From: an uncultured delta proteobacterium
Lineage (GTDB): Bacteria; Myxococcota; Kuafuiibacteriia; Kuafuiibacteriales; Kuafuiibacteriaceae
Length of the DNA: 64,000 nucleotides
NCBI GenBank assembly: GCA_963803435.1
Contig: CAWDML010000009.1
Span: forward strand, 800,001-864,000
Direction of reading: 5' to 3'
The position numbers and the translations under genes were made by a program. This document shows positions 9,490-20,218 of the stretch, in pieces. How positions within the stretch are numbered: the stretch's first letter is position 1; each line of letters begins with the position of its first letter. A model generated the notes under the pieces. It worked only from the letters and a program-made list of their open reading frames with translations, was not told the DNA's origin and ran no database searches.

Positions 9490-10220
9490 GCACCGCCGGG
9501 CTCGTCGTGATCGGAAACGAGGTCCTCTCCGGGAAGGTCGAGGAGGAGAATGCGCGCTTCCTGATCCGGCAGCTCCGGGATCTCGGCGTCATGCTGATGC
9601 GGGTCGTCTTCATCCGCGACGACGTCGAGACGATCGCGCGCGACGTCCGCGAGATGTCCGCGGCGTTCGACCACGTCTTTACGAGCGGCGGGGTCGGATC
9701 GACCCACGACGATGTCACCCTTCACGCGATCGCACAGGCGTTCGGCGTCGAGCTCGAGGACAACGCGGTGCTCGTGGGCATGCTCGAAGCGCACTACGGC
9801 GAGCGGATGAACGCGGCGGTGCGCCGCATGGGCCGGCTGCCCCAGGGCGCCGAGCTGGTCGGGCTGGAGGAGCTGCGCTACCCGCTGGTGAAGGTCCGCA
9901 ACGTGTTCGTCTTCCCCGGAGTGCCTGTCTTCCTGCGCTCGAAGTTCGAGGTCGTGAAACGACTCATCGAGGGCACACCGTTCATCCTCCACCAGATTTA
10001 CCTCAACGTCGGAGAGGATCGGATCGCCGAGCCGCTCACCGAGATCGATCGTGCGTTTCCCGGGGTGGAGTTCGGGTCCTATCCGCGGTTTGACGATGCC
10101 GACCATCAGGTGAAGCTCACCGTGGAGGGGCGGGATCCCGAGCAGGTGGCCGCCGGGTTGAAGGCCTTGCTCGGCCGACTGGATCCGGCGTGGGTGGTTC
10201 GGGTCGAGTCGCCCGTTTGA
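9486..10220 (+). CDS. CinA-like/molybdopterin-binding domain protein
   Basis: IGNEVLSG, TSGGVGSTHDDVT, FPGVP, GSYP; TTGA overlap with upstream stop. Confidence 0.9.
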   Translation: MSTAGLVVIGNEVLSGKVEEENARFLIRQLRDLGVMLMRVVFIRDDVETIARDVREMSAAFDHVFTSGGVGSTHDDVTLHAIAQAFGVELEDNAVLVGMLEAHYGERMNAAVRRMGRLPQGAELVGLEELRYPLVKVRNVFVFPGVPVFLRSKFEVVKRLIEGTPFILHQIYLNVGEDRIAEPLTEIDRAFPGVEFGSYPRFDDADHQVKLTVEGRDPEQVAAGLKALLGRLDPAWVVRVESPV

Positions 10221-10256
10221 CCCGATTCTGAACCGCGTGATACCCCGCGGGGGTCG

Positions 10257-11450
10257 ATGCGACCATTGCTCGCCGGTGTCTTGATCCTCGGTGCGCTCGC
10301 AGGCGCGTCCGGGGCACACGCCGCCAAGAAAGAGGGCGCGATCTTGATCCTGAAGCTGGAGTCGGAAGGGCTCGCCCCCGAGCTGGTGACCGTCCTGGAC
10401 GAGGCGGTCAGGACCGGCGTGCGCCGCGCCAAGAAGGGCCGGGTGCTCCCCGCGCCCGCCCTCGACTTCAGCGGGATGCAGATGGCGGCCGGGTGCCTCG
10501 ACGACAGCGCCGACTGCCTGCTGTCGATGGGCCGCCCGCTGAACGCTACCCGGGTGATCCGGGTGGTGATGAGCGGGAACAACGAGCATGCCACGTTCAC
10601 GATCACCGTCGTCGGCATGAAGAAGGGCCGCGCGCAAACCTACGAGGCCAAGCTCGACGACCTCGGCCCCGAGAGCAAAGAAGAGCTCACATGGCACACG
10701 CTCGCCGCGCTCGGGATCAAGCAGCCGCCGCTCGAGGGCGGGATCGAGCTCTTCATGGCCAGCAGCATCGGTAGCCTGGAAGGGGCGGAGTATTTCCTCG
10801 ACGACAAGAAGGTGCCGCGCAGCGCGCTCGAGAGCCTGGCGCCGGGCGCGCACCGGGTCGAGGTCCATCAGAAGGGCTTCGAGACGTTCATCTGGATCGG
10901 CGAGATCAAGAAGGGACGCACCGAGCAGGTGCGCGTGGAGTTCAAGCCCCGGCAGTCGACGGCGGTCGCGGTGGGCCCGCCGGACGAGCCGCCGCCGGGA
11001 TCGTGGCGCCGCCATGACGACCTACCTCCGCCCGCAGGCGAGTCGCCGCCGCCGTCTCTGCGCGTGGCGACCACGCACGAGGCCCCGATCATCTACACGT
11101 TCGTCGTCGGCGGTGCCGCGGTGGTGGCGGCGGGCGTGGCGGTGGCCTTCCTCGTGATCGGCAAGAACGCGCATGACGCGCTGGTGCCGCACAAGGATGA
11201 TCCGAACTACAGCCAGTGCACGGAAGATCGCTCGCTCCCCGAGTGCGAGCCCTTCCAACCGCACCTGGATCGGCTGCACTCCGCGACGATCGGCAACTTC
11301 GCCGGCTTCATCACGGCCGGCGTGCTGGCGGCCGGCGCCGTCGGTGTCTTTTTCCTGGAGAAGAACGCCGAGGTCGAAGGACACGACGTTGCTTTCGGCG
11401 TGGCGCCGACCGACGGCGGTGCGGCCGCGTCCATGTCGATGCGGTTCTGA
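10257..11450 (+). CDS. Exported PEGA-domain protein with C-terminal TM hairpin
   Basis: Signal peptide, GC....CL...G motif, PG.H.V.V.K.GF PEGA motif, two hydrophobic helices. Confidence 0.8.
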   Translation: MRPLLAGVLILGALAGASGAHAAKKEGAILILKLESEGLAPELVTVLDEAVRTGVRRAKKGRVLPAPALDFSGMQMAAGCLDDSADCLLSMGRPLNATRVIRVVMSGNNEHATFTITVVGMKKGRAQTYEAKLDDLGPESKEELTWHTLAALGIKQPPLEGGIELFMASSIGSLEGAEYFLDDKKVPRSALESLAPGAHRVEVHQKGFETFIWIGEIKKGRTEQVRVEFKPRQSTAVAVGPPDEPPPGSWRRHDDLPPPAGESPPPSLRVATTHEAPIIYTFVVGGAAVVAAGVAVAFLVIGKNAHDALVPHKDDPNYSQCTEDRSLPECEPFQPHLDRLHSATIGNFAGFITAGVLAAGAVGVFFLEKNAEVEGHDVAFGVAPTDGGAAASMSMRF

Positions 11451-11998
11451 TGGCGCCGCTCCTCCTCTTGCTGCTCTTCGGCGGCGAGCGCGTGCCGCTG
11501 TGGGTGACGTTCGACGTGCTGAATCCGCGCACGCTCGGCGGGCATCGGATCCTGCACCTCGAGGACGTGGTGGGACCGGACGCCCGCGACGACATCCCGG
11601 GTCTCGTCCATCCCCGTGCCGTCCTGATCTTCTCCACCACGCTCGAGCAGTGCGAGACGGGCACGCTCTGTCGCACGGCGCAGCAACTTGCAGAGATCAA
11701 AGGTGGTTTGGTGGTGGGTGTGGTTCTCGCCGAGCGAGAGGCGGTCGTGCGTGTCAAAAGGGAGATCCCGCGCTTTGAATATTCGTTCCCGCTGACCGTC
11801 GATGCCTACGGAGTGCTAGGGCAGGCCCTCAAACTCGATCGACCGGGTGTCTTTCTTGTGGTTAACTCGAAGTCTGACGTGGCGCGGTTCGTCCCCCCCT
11901 CCGAGGGGAGTGATCAGACCCTCCGAGATCGTTTTCTCGCCGAGGTGAAGGGGGCATTCCTGGAGGCCTCGAAGCGAGAGGAAGAGGAGGAGCGATGA
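11450..11998 (+). CDS. Redoxin/thioredoxin-fold-like protein
   Basis: AVLIFST...C...LC, FP...D.YG.L...L....P.. FLVVN; coupled to both neighbours. Confidence 0.6.
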   Translation: MAPLLLLLLFGGERVPLWVTFDVLNPRTLGGHRILHLEDVVGPDARDDIPGLVHPRAVLIFSTTLEQCETGTLCRTAQQLAEIKGGLVVGVVLAEREAVVRVKREIPRFEYSFPLTVDAYGVLGQALKLDRPGVFLVVNSKSDVARFVPPSEGSDQTLRDRFLAEVKGAFLEASKREEEEER

Positions 11999-12462
11999 GA
12001 CGGGCAGGGGTGGTTCTGACGGCGTTGTCGCTGCTCTCCGGGGCGGCGCTGGCCGAGGGCAAGCCCAAGCTCCTGGTCCAGGATCTGACGGCGCAGGGCG
12101 TCGAGCCGCACGAAGCCCAGGTCCTCTCGACGGCCACCTGCAACGCGTTCTCCAAGTCCACCAAGTACGACGTGCTCTGCGGCGACGATCTCCGCAACAT
12201 GATGCGGTTCGGCGTGCTGGCCGCCTCGTTCGACGGCTGCGCCAACGACGAGTGCTACACCAACGTGGGCCGGGCGCTCCAGGCCCGGTACGTGGTGGCC
12301 GGCTCGGTGAGCCGGCTCGGCAAGATCTATGTGCTCTCGCTGTCGATGCTCGACACCCAGAGCGGCCGCTCCGTCGGTCGGACCGAGCTCAAGGCGGATA
12401 CGCTCGAGGCCCTCCACGACCAGGTCCCCGAGGCGTACTCGGCCATCGTCACCGGGCGGTAG
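11995..12462 (+). CDS. Exported hypothetical protein (DUF2380/CsgG-like alpha/beta)
   Basis: Signal peptide; C..DEC...VG.AL.A.YVV.GSV..LG..Y.LSL...D. Confidence 0.75.
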   Translation: MRRAGVVLTALSLLSGAALAEGKPKLLVQDLTAQGVEPHEAQVLSTATCNAFSKSTKYDVLCGDDLRNMMRFGVLAASFDGCANDECYTNVGRALQARYVVAGSVSRLGKIYVLSLSMLDTQSGRSVGRTELKADTLEALHDQVPEAYSAIVTGR

Positions 12463-12483
12463 CTCGCATTTGCATCGACCCGG

Positions 12484-13605
12484 TTACAGGTTGCGGAAGA
12501 ACGGTGGGCCGCGCTTCGCCTTGGCGGGGGGCGGGCCGAACAGCTCGATGGCGTTGCCGAAGTAGATCCGATCGAGGACGGCCTTGGGGAGCGCCAGGCC
12601 GTGGATGTCCCAGCGGCCCTGGATCGGCGTGGGGCTCGGGATCGTCCGGTCGGTCTCGAGCCAGACCCAGTGGGCCGCGAAGTAGGGACCGACCTCGTCG
12701 CGGGTGTTCGGTGTCTCGCCGGAGGAGCCGAGCATCAGGCCCTTCGGGAACACGCCCAGATCGGTGCCGAACAGGATCCGATCGCTGTGCTTGATGAAGA
12801 TCTCGCGGACCTTCTTTGGATCGTGGCGGCCGATCTCCGGGATCCGCGCGGCGATGTCGACGTACATGTTTGGATGCGCGTCGAGCATCCGGTCCACCCA
12901 CTCGGGATCTTCGGCGTGATTGCCGAAGTGGACCGAGACGAACTTGGTCTCGGGGTGCCGGGTGATCACGTGGGTGAGCTGATCGAGCAGCTGCTCGAAG
13001 CTGGGGATCGGCTTGCCGTAGTTCGACCAGCGCGGGTGGGCGGTGAGCTCCTCGAGGCGCTCGTTGTGCTCGTCGAGCGGCAGCCAGAACGCTGCGGGAT
13101 CGCCAGTGTGGATCACGACCGGGAGGCCGACCTCGCCGGCGGTGGCCCAGATGGGATCGAGGTAGGGATCGTCGACGGCCAGCAAGCCGTTGCCGTCGGG
13201 GCGGGGGACCGCCAAGCCCAGGACCTTCTCGATCTTGAGCGCCCGCACGCCCTTCTTCTTGCCCTCGCGGATCAGCTCCGAGGCGAGCTGGGGAAAGTCG
13301 TCGGGCCGGATCGGGATCGCGCCCCAGGGGAGGTTCATCGCCACCAGCATCCGGCCGCTCTTGGCGGCTGCGGCGAGCTGCTTCTCCAGCGGTCCGCCCG
13401 GCCATAAGCCCGAGAGGTTCAAGACCCAGTCGATGCCGGCCTCGTCCATGATGGACGTGAGCCGATCGATCTCGCCCGGAGAGATGTGCGTGTGCATGTC
13501 GACGACGTATCGCGGGCCTTCGTCTGGAGGAGGCGCGGGGCGCGGAGCAGACGCCTCTTCCTTGCAGGCGGAGAGCGCGATCGCGATGATGAGCGCGCGA
13601 TGCAT
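12484..13605 (-). CDS. Amidohydrolase_2 family lipoprotein
   Basis: Lipobox LSAC; VDMHTH, IHTGDP, HPNMYVD, RILFGTD. Confidence 0.9.
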   Translation of the reverse strand: MHRALIIAIALSACKEEASAPRPAPPPDEGPRYVVDMHTHISPGEIDRLTSIMDEAGIDWVLNLSGLWPGGPLEKQLAAAAKSGRMLVAMNLPWGAIPIRPDDFPQLASELIREGKKKGVRALKIEKVLGLAVPRPDGNGLLAVDDPYLDPIWATAGEVGLPVVIHTGDPAAFWLPLDEHNERLEELTAHPRWSNYGKPIPSFEQLLDQLTHVITRHPETKFVSVHFGNHAEDPEWVDRMLDAHPNMYVDIAARIPEIGRHDPKKVREIFIKHSDRILFGTDLGVFPKGLMLGSSGETPNTRDEVGPYFAAHWVWLETDRTIPSPTPIQGRWDIHGLALPKAVLDRIYFGNAIELFGPPPAKAKRGPPFFRNL

Positions 13606-14427
13606 GGCGCCCAACTCGTACCACGACTGTCCGTGCTTTTGCTCTCGAGTTGCGCGGCGACCATGGAGCTGTCCGAGCATCAGGCCAAGATGGCCGAACA
13701 ACAGGCCGCTTACGAGGACCGGATCGCGAAGCTGGACGCCGAGCACCGCAGGGCCGAGCGGGGTTCGGCCGGCACCTTGGAGGAGACCGAGGGCCGTCTC
13801 GCCGCGCAGGACCGGCGGATCACCGATCTGGAGGGCGCGCTCGCCGACAAGCAGCGCCTCCTCGACGACGTGGGATCGCAGCTGATCGATCTGCAGGGCG
13901 CGTTCGCGAAGCTGTCCTCGGGCGAGCGCGCCAAGGCGAGCGCCAAGTCGACGGATCAGAAGAGGAGGGAGGCCGCCCTGGCGCGGATGACGGCGGGCTT
14001 CACGGAGTTGCTCGGTCCCGAGGTCGGGGCGGGCAAGGTCGAGCTGGTCCGTGAGCCGGGCGCGATGGTGGTCGTGTTCGGCGACGGCGCGCTGTTCGCG
14101 CAGGGATCGTCGCAGCTGTCCCGTGAGGCGCTGGCGCTCGCCAAGCGGGTGGCCACCGGGCTGATCGCGGAGAAGGAGTCGCCGATCCGCATCGACGTCC
14201 ACTCCGACAACGTGGTGCCGAAGAAGGGCACCTTCCGCGACTCGTGGTCCCTCACCAGCCAGCAAGGAACGAGCCTGGTGCGGGCGCTCCAGGAGGGCGG
14301 GGTCGATCCCTCGCGGCTGTCCCACCGCGCCTGCGGTCAGTTCGCCCCGCACGCCACCAACGACACCCGGGAGGGGCGCGCGAAGAACCGCCGGGTCGAG
14401 CTTCGATTGCTGGTGACGGACCTCTGA
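13600..14427 (+). CDS. OmpA/MotB-family coiled-coil lipoprotein
   Basis: Lipobox LSSC; coiled coil; LF..GS..L, HSDN, G...P...[12 protein letters not shown]. Confidence 0.88.
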   Translation: MHGAQLVPRLSVLLLSSCAATMELSEHQAKMAEQQAAYEDRIAKLDAEHRRAERGSAGTLEETEGRLAAQDRRITDLEGALADKQRLLDDVGSQLIDLQGAFAKLSSGERAKASAKSTDQKRREAALARMTAGFTELLGPEVGAGKVELVREPGAMVVVFGDGALFAQGSSQLSREALALAKRVATGLIAEKESPIRIDVHSDNVVPKKGTFRDSWSLTSQQGTSLVRALQEGGVDPSRLSHRACGQFAPHATNDTREGRAKNRRVELRLLVTDL

Positions 14428-14441
14428 GCTATCAGGAGGCC

Positions 14442-15689
14442 ATGCTCGAACACCTCCGCAAGACCGACCCCGAGATCGCCGACGTCCTGGTGAACGAGAC
14501 CCGCCGCCAAGCGGAGGGGCTCGAGCTGATCGCGAGCGAAAACTTCGTGTCGGAGGCGGTCCTCGAGGCCATGGGCTCTCCGCTCACCAACAAGTACGCC
14601 GAGGGTCTCCCGGGCAAGCGATACTACGGCGGCTGCCAGTTCGTGGACGTCGCGGAGACGCTGGCGATCGAGCGGACCAAGCAGCTCTTCGGCTGCGAGG
14701 CCGCCAACGTTCAGCCGCACTCGGGCGCGCAGGCGAACATGGGCGTGTACTTCGCCGTGCTCGAGCCCGGCGACCGCTACGTCGCGATGAGCCTCAACGA
14801 GGGCGGTCATCTCACGCACGGGTCGAAGGTCAACTTCTCCGGACGGCTCTACCAGCCCATCGCGTACGGCGTGCATCCCGAGACACACCTGATCGACTAC
14901 GACCAGGTGAACCGGCTCCTCAAGGAGCACAAGCCGAAGCTCCTGGTGGCCGGTGCGTCGGCGTACCCGCGGATCATCGACTTCGAGAAGCTGGGCGCGA
15001 TGGCCCGCGACAGCGGCGCCAAGCTGATGTGCGACATCGCCCATATCGCCGGGTTGGTGGCGGCCGGCGAGCACCCGTCGCCGGTCCCGCACGCCGAGTT
15101 CGTCACCACCACCACGCACAAGACACTGCGAGGCCCCCGCGGTGGTCTGATCATGATGCGCGACGCGGAGGCGAAGATCGTGAACAGCCGCGTCTTCCCT
15201 GGCATGCAGGGCGGCCCGCTGATGCACGTGATCGCAGCGAAGGCGGTGGCGCTCAAGGAAGCGCAGGGCGCTGCGTTCAAGAGCTACCAGCAACAGATCG
15301 TGAAGAACGCCCGTGCGATGGCGGAGGCGTTTCTCTCCAAGGGCTACCGGCTGATCTCCGGCGGCACAGACAACCACCTGCTCCTGCTGGACATGCGGAG
15401 CCGCCAGATGACGGGAAAGAAGGCCGAAGAAGCGCTGGCTGGCGCCGACATCACGGTGAACAAGAACATGATCCCGGGCGATCCGGAGTCGCCCTTCGTG
15501 ACCTCGGGGGTCCGGATCGGGACGCCGGCCCTGACGACGCGGGGGATGAAGGAGGCCGAGATGCAGGCCATCGCGGCGATGATCGACCGCGTCCTCCGAA
15601 CTCCGGACGACGCCGCCACGCGGGCGAAGGTCCGGGGCGAGGTCCACGGGCTCGCCCAACAGTTCCCGCTCTACGCCCACTGGTTGTAG
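14442..15689 (+). CDS. glyA: Serine hydroxymethyltransferase
   Basis: [35 protein letters not shown]; AGGAGG RBS. Confidence 0.99.
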   Translation: MLEHLRKTDPEIADVLVNETRRQAEGLELIASENFVSEAVLEAMGSPLTNKYAEGLPGKRYYGGCQFVDVAETLAIERTKQLFGCEAANVQPHSGAQANMGVYFAVLEPGDRYVAMSLNEGGHLTHGSKVNFSGRLYQPIAYGVHPETHLIDYDQVNRLLKEHKPKLLVAGASAYPRIIDFEKLGAMARDSGAKLMCDIAHIAGLVAAGEHPSPVPHAEFVTTTTHKTLRGPRGGLIMMRDAEAKIVNSRVFPGMQGGPLMHVIAAKAVALKEAQGAAFKSYQQQIVKNARAMAEAFLSKGYRLISGGTDNHLLLLDMRSRQMTGKKAEEALAGADITVNKNMIPGDPESPFVTSGVRIGTPALTTRGMKEAEMQAIAAMIDRVLRTPDDAATRAKVRGEVHGLAQQFPLYAHWL

Positions 15690-15724
15690 TAGTCGCATAT
15701 CGACCTACACCCAATATTTAGCAT
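15677..15724. promoter_or_regulatory. Tandem NrdR boxes upstream of nrdR
   Basis: ACCCAATATTTAGCAT (15709-15724) fits acaCwAtATaTwGtgt; weaker CCACTGGTTGTAGTAG lies 32 nt upstream. Confidence 0.65.
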
Positions 15725-15779
15725 TGCGTTCCACCCGTTTCACGGGGTAGGCAGCCCGCGTACTCCCGAGGGAGCCGCG

Positions 15780-16265
15780 ATGAAGTGCCCGTTCTGCGCC
15801 AACATGGAGAACAAGGTCATCGACTCGCGGCTGTCGAAGGACGGGCAGGTGATCCGCCGCCGCCGCGAGTGCAACGACTGCGGTAAGCGCTTCACCACCT
15901 ACGAGCGGATCGAGGAGGTCCTGCCGATGGTGGTCAAGGCCGACGGTCGGCGGGAGCCGTTCGATCACGGCAAGCTGGTCACGGGCATCACGCACGCGTG
16001 CGAGAAGCGCGCGGTGCCCCTCAACAAGATCGAGGAGCTGGTCGAAGACATCGAGAAGCAGCTCCAGGAGACCGGCGAGAAAGAAGTCGAGGCTTCCCTG
16101 ATCGGCGAGGAGGTGCTGGTGCGTCTCGCGGACATCGATGACGTCGCGTACATCCGGTACGCCTCCATCTTCCGCAACTTCGCCGACCTCTCGGAGTTCG
16201 CCGACGAGCTCAACGATCTGCTCGAGGAGAGGAAGCGGCGCGCGAAGACGGGCTCAGGGTCGTGA
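15780..16265 (+). CDS. nrdR: Transcriptional repressor NrdR
   Basis: MKCPFC...VIDSR...RRRREC..C..RFTTYE, ATP cone. Confidence 0.99.
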   Translation: MKCPFCANMENKVIDSRLSKDGQVIRRRRECNDCGKRFTTYERIEEVLPMVVKADGRREPFDHGKLVTGITHACEKRAVPLNKIEELVEDIEKQLQETGEKEVEASLIGEEVLVRLADIDDVAYIRYASIFRNFADLSEFADELNDLLEERKRRAKTGSGS

Positions 16266-17386
16266 GTGAAGGACCCGACGCAACGGCGGAGGGGTTCATG
16301 CGGCTCGCGATCGAGGCGGCGGCAAAGGGCGTCGGACGCACCTCCCCGAACCCGGCGGTCGGCGCAGTCCTGGTTCGAGACGGACGCGTCGTGGCCACCG
16401 GCCATCACGTCGAGGCAGGTTGCGATCACGCGGAGGTGGCGGCGCTGCGGAAGGTCGACTTCGTAGCTGCGGGCTGCGATCTCTACACGACGCTGGAGCC
16501 GTGCAACCACACCGGTCGCACGGGCCCCTGCACCGAGGCGATCCTACGCTCCGGCGTACGCCGCGTCTTCGTGGGCGCGATCGATCCGAACCCGAAGGTC
16601 GCCGGCGGGGGCATCGAGCGTCTCGAGGAGGCGGGCGTCGAGATGATCTGTGGGATCCTCGAGGCCGAGTGCGCCGCGCTCAACGAGCCCTACAATCACG
16701 CGGTCGTGGCGGGGCGGCCCTACGTGGTCCTGAAGGCGGCGACCAGCCTCGACGGGCGCATCGCCACCCGCACCGGGCAGAGCAAGTGGATCACCGGCGA
16801 GGCCGCGCGCGCCGCGGGGCGCCGGCTTCGCGATCAGCTGGACGCGATCGTGGTCGGTGCCAGCACGGTGGTCGCGGACGATCCCGAGCTGACCTGCCGC
16901 TTCGAGGGCGCACGCGATCCGGTGCGTGTCGTCCTCGACTCGACCCTGCGGATCCCGGAGCGGGCCACCATCGTGCGGACGGCCCGCTCGATCCGGACGA
17001 TCATCGCCACCACCCGGGGCGCGAGCCCGAAGAAGGCGGCGGCGCTGGAGAGGGAGGGGGTCGAGATCCGGACCGTCAGGAAGACGAGGGAGGGGCGGGT
17101 CGATCTGAGCCGTCTCTTGGAGATGCTCTTTCAGGAGGAGCTCAACGGATTGCTGGTGGAGGGGGGCCCGACCGTCCACGGTGCGTTCGTCGATGCGCAG
17201 CTGGTCGACAAGGTGGTCCTGTTCGTCGCGCCCATCCTGATCGGCGGCCGGGACGCACCCGGAGCTTTCGGCGGGCGGGGGGCCGGGAAGCTCGAGGAGG
17301 CCCTGACGCTGGAGCGGGTGGCGGTGTCCCGGATCGACGCGGATCTGATGATCGTGGGCTATCCGTCCGTGAGAATGACCCCTTAG
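16262..17386 (+). CDS. ribD: Riboflavin biosynthesis deaminase/reductase
   Basis: TSPNP.VG, HAE, TLEPCNH.GRT.PC, SLDGRIA, VEGG. Confidence 0.98.
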   Translation: MSEGPDATAEGFMRLAIEAAAKGVGRTSPNPAVGAVLVRDGRVVATGHHVEAGCDHAEVAALRKVDFVAAGCDLYTTLEPCNHTGRTGPCTEAILRSGVRRVFVGAIDPNPKVAGGGIERLEEAGVEMICGILEAECAALNEPYNHAVVAGRPYVVLKAATSLDGRIATRTGQSKWITGEAARAAGRRLRDQLDAIVVGASTVVADDPELTCRFEGARDPVRVVLDSTLRIPERATIVRTARSIRTIIATTRGASPKKAAALEREGVEIRTVRKTREGRVDLSRLLEMLFQEELNGLLVEGGPTVHGAFVDAQLVDKVVLFVAPILIGGRDAPGAFGGRGAGKLEEALTLERVAVSRIDADLMIVGYPSVRMTP

Positions 17387-17447
17387 CGACTGCAGCGGAA
17401 AAGATGCACTCCGCAGTCGATCCACTGCGCTGAAAGACCACAATCAG

Positions 17448-18212
17448 ATGCGTATACTTCACCGCATGCAGCGGTTTCTCTTGGGTGCGTGGATCGTGGT
17501 GGTGGTGATGTTCGGGCTCGGTATCGCCGCCAAGAAGCGGTACGGCGATTCGCTCCGGCATTCGTTCCATCTCGACATCGGGGATGACGACGACGCGCAG
17601 GCGTCGCTGTCGCCGGTGCCGCCGATCCCGCCGATCCCGCCGATCCCGCCGATCCCGCCGATCCCGCCGCTTCCGCCCGAGCCGTCACGGATCGTGATCG
17701 GCGAGAACGGTCTGGTGCTGGAGTCGGAGGGAGGACGGATCGAGATCAGCCAGGACGCCGACCGAAGCGCCCGTCGCGCGGAGGAGCACGCGCGGCGCAT
17801 GGAAGAGCGCGCGCGCAGGCTCGAGCGGCTCGCCGAAGCCCGGGCGCGCCGCGCCGAAGAGCGCGCCCGCGATCATGAGCGAATGATCGGCGAGCGTGAA
17901 CGGCGGCGCGAGGCCGAAGAGGCGAAGCGCGACGCCGAGCAGGCGAAGCGCGAGGCGGAGCAGGAGCGGCTCGAAGCCCAGCAGGAGGTCCAGGAGCGGT
18001 GCGAAGAGCACGAGCACGAGCACGAGGGCGGGGTGCGGGACTGCCAGCGGCTCAAGGAGCAGGTACGGGCGAAGATCGCCGAGGCCAAGCAGCGGTTGAA
18101 GGCGGTCAAGCTGGACAACCTCGACGTCGACATCGATGTCGACATCGACGAAGACGCCATCGAGCAGGCGATCGAAAAGGCCGCCGAAGCACTCGACCGC
18201 TCCGACGGCTGA
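17448..18212 (+). CDS. Membrane-anchored Pro-repeat/coiled-coil hypothetical protein
   Basis: N-terminal TM, (PPI)5, charged coiled coil, acidic DVDIDVDID tail. Start may be 17467. Confidence 0.75.
   Translation: MRILHRMQRFLLGAWIVVVVMFGLGIAAKKRYGDSLRHSFHLDIGDDDDAQASLSPVPPIPPIPPIPPIPPIPPLPPEPSRIVIGENGLVLESEGGRIEISQDADRSARRAEEHARRMEERARRLERLAEARARRAEERARDHERMIGERERRREAEEAKRDAEQAKREAEQERLEAQQEVQERCEEHEHEHEGGVRDCQRLKEQVRAKIAEAKQRLKAVKLDNLDVDIDVDIDEDAIEQAIEKAAEALDRSDG
17619..17663. repeat. (CCGCCGATC) x5 in-frame tandem repeat
   Basis: Five perfect 9-mers encoding Pro-Pro-Ile. Confidence 0.95.
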
Positions 18213-18225
18213 CGCCGATCCTCAC

Positions 18226-19443
18226 TCAGCCAAGGGCGCGCGTGGCCAGGGCCAGCACCTGATCGAGCCGCGGCGTCGAGGTCTGGAACCAATCGAACAG
18301 CGCGTCCGCGGTGGCCTCCGCCGCCGGTGTCTTCTGGTCGCGCTGGAAGGCGGCGCTCAGCTCGGCGTCGGCCCGGATCCCCTTCGCCAGGGCCTGGCGC
18401 GGAGCAGATCCCGGCGGGCCCGGCTCAAAGGTCTTCTGCCGGAGGAGGTAGAGCTCGATCCCGAGCCGATGGTAGGCGTCGCGGAGGAGCTCGACCGCCG
18501 CGGGGTCCGGCTCGTCGCGCGCATCCCGCGGCAACCAGTTCCAGCCGAAGGTTCCGATGTGCGCGACCATGTCCCCTCCCGTATCGCGGCGCGGCACGGC
18601 GTTGCAGACCAGCGCCCGCAGGATCGACTCGCGGACGCGGTCGGCCAGGCTGGTGGGCCCGCCCTGGAAGGCGAGGCCTTCGAGCTCGGCGGGGTTCGGC
18701 GCGCGCTTCATGAACCATCCGGTGAGCTCGTCGCGGCTCGCGGTCTCGATCGGCTGGTGGTGCTCCGTCTCGAACGCCATCGTGAGCTCGGGCGAGGCGC
18801 GGAGCTCGATGTCGAGGCGGTCGCGGGCGGCCTTCCCGGGCTTCGCGGTGGCGAAGTAGCCGCCGGAGAAGTCGATGCCGATCCGCTGGAGCGAGCGCGT
18901 GAACGCTTCGGTGTAGCGGCGCTCGATCGCGTTCAGCGATCGACCGGAGCCGCCGAGCTCGTTCACGATGTCGCACGAGAGCTGGCGGGCGGCGCGGAGG
19001 GCGCGCTGGGCGAGCGTGGCGAGGAGCGCCTCGTTGGTGTCGGCCTGGATCTGGGCGATCAGCTGGCGGAGCAGCGTGTCGACCTGGAGCTGAGCGTCGC
19101 CGTCGTTCCGGGCGGGCTGTCGCTTGAGAACCGCGTCGGAGGGCGTGACGGCGCCGGCCGAAGCGCCTTGCTGCGTGGTGAGGAGCGCCAGGTACGAGGT
19201 GCTGGCGCGGCCGCGAGTGTCGTTCGAGGAGGTCCGGGCCAGCGAGCGCAGGAAGGCGTCGAAGCCCGAGAGCGTGAAGAAGTCCCGGCCCTCGAGCGCT
19301 TTCCGCAGGGGATCGGTCGGCGGCACGCTCTCGCGCCACAGCTCGGAGAGGATCTCTCGCCGGAGCGCGCCGACGTCTTCGCCGGATCCGAGGCGCGCGA
19401 TCCGTTCGCGGTAAGGGGTGAGGACGGCGGAGGCGTCACGCAT
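18226..19443 (-). CDS. Hypothetical protein (~405 aa)
   Basis: Protein-like composition in the part of ORF 18226-20361 not overlapping ribE; no motif recognised. Confidence 0.7.
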   Translation of the reverse strand: MRDASAVLTPYRERIARLGSGEDVGALRREILSELWRESVPPTDPLRKALEGRDFFTLSGFDAFLRSLARTSSNDTRGRASTSYLALLTTQQGASAGAVTPSDAVLKRQPARNDGDAQLQVDTLLRQLIAQIQADTNEALLATLAQRALRAARQLSCDIVNELGGSGRSLNAIERRYTEAFTRSLQRIGIDFSGGYFATAKPGKAARDRLDIELRASPELTMAFETEHHQPIETASRDELTGWFMKRAPNPAELEGLAFQGGPTSLADRVRESILRALVCNAVPRRDTGGDMVAHIGTFGWNWLPRDARDEPDPAAVELLRDAYHRLGIELYLLRQKTFEPGPPGSAPRQALAKGIRADAELSAAFQRDQKTPAAEATADALFDWFQTSTPRLDQVLALATRALG

Positions 19444-19509
19444 GGAAGGTAGGATTGTGCCCGAAGATCGCACTTCCCGCTGTGATCTCGACCGTAGTAA
19501 GGCACCCGC

Positions 19510-20157
19510 GTGTTCACCGGCATCGTCGAGGACATCGGGACGATCGCGCGCGTCTCTGGCGGCGCGGGGGGCGGACGGACGCTCTGGATCCGCACGATGC
19601 TCGATCCAGCCTCGATCCGGATCGGGGACTCGATCTGCACCTCGGGGGTCTGTCTCACGGCGACGCAAAAAGATGGGAGCAGCTTCTCCATCGACGCCGG
19701 CCCCGAGACCTTGACGCGGACGACCATCGGCGAGCTGACCGCCGGCGCGAAGGTGAACCTCGAGCGGTCGTGCACGCTGGAGACCCGGCTGGGTGGGCAT
19801 CTGGTGCAGGGCCACGTCGATGCCGTCGGGGCCGTCCGGTCGATCGTGCCGCACGCGAACGCGCACGACTTCGTGTTCGAGGCGCCGCCCGAGGTCCTGG
19901 CGTTGTGCGTCCCGCGCGGCTCCATCGCGATCGACGGCATCTCGCTCACCATCACCGGTCGCACCCGGGAGACCTTCTCCGTCATGATCATTCCCCATAC
20001 CTTCCGCGAGACCACCCTGGGCGCCGCCCGAGCCGGCACGCGCGTCAACCTGGAGGTGGACATGATCGCCCGCTACGTCGCTGGGCTGCTCGAATCCTAT
20101 CGGATGGAGGAGAAGACGGGCCTCAGCGAGGAATTTCTGCGAAAGCACGGGTACTAG
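19510..20157 (+). CDS. ribE: Riboflavin synthase (alpha)
   Basis: MFTGIVE, GDSI...[21 protein letters not shown]. Confidence 0.98.
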   Translation: MFTGIVEDIGTIARVSGGAGGGRTLWIRTMLDPASIRIGDSICTSGVCLTATQKDGSSFSIDAGPETLTRTTIGELTAGAKVNLERSCTLETRLGGHLVQGHVDAVGAVRSIVPHANAHDFVFEAPPEVLALCVPRGSIAIDGISLTITGRTRETFSVMIIPHTFRETTLGAARAGTRVNLEVDMIARYVAGLLESYRMEEKTGLSEEFLRKHGY

Positions 20158-20218
20158 GCGGGAAGGTGCTCTTATCGTTGCTTTCTTCGATGACGGGCGA
20201 TTATCTGCCACAGCCGCC

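Noticed and set aside
13600-14427. Flagellar stator MotB
   Set aside because: Lipoprotein signal instead of the Asp-bearing TM helix, and no motA adjacent.
19444-20218. FMN riboswitch upstream of rib genes
   Set aside because: Intergenic gaps are only about 60 nt and lack RFN motifs.
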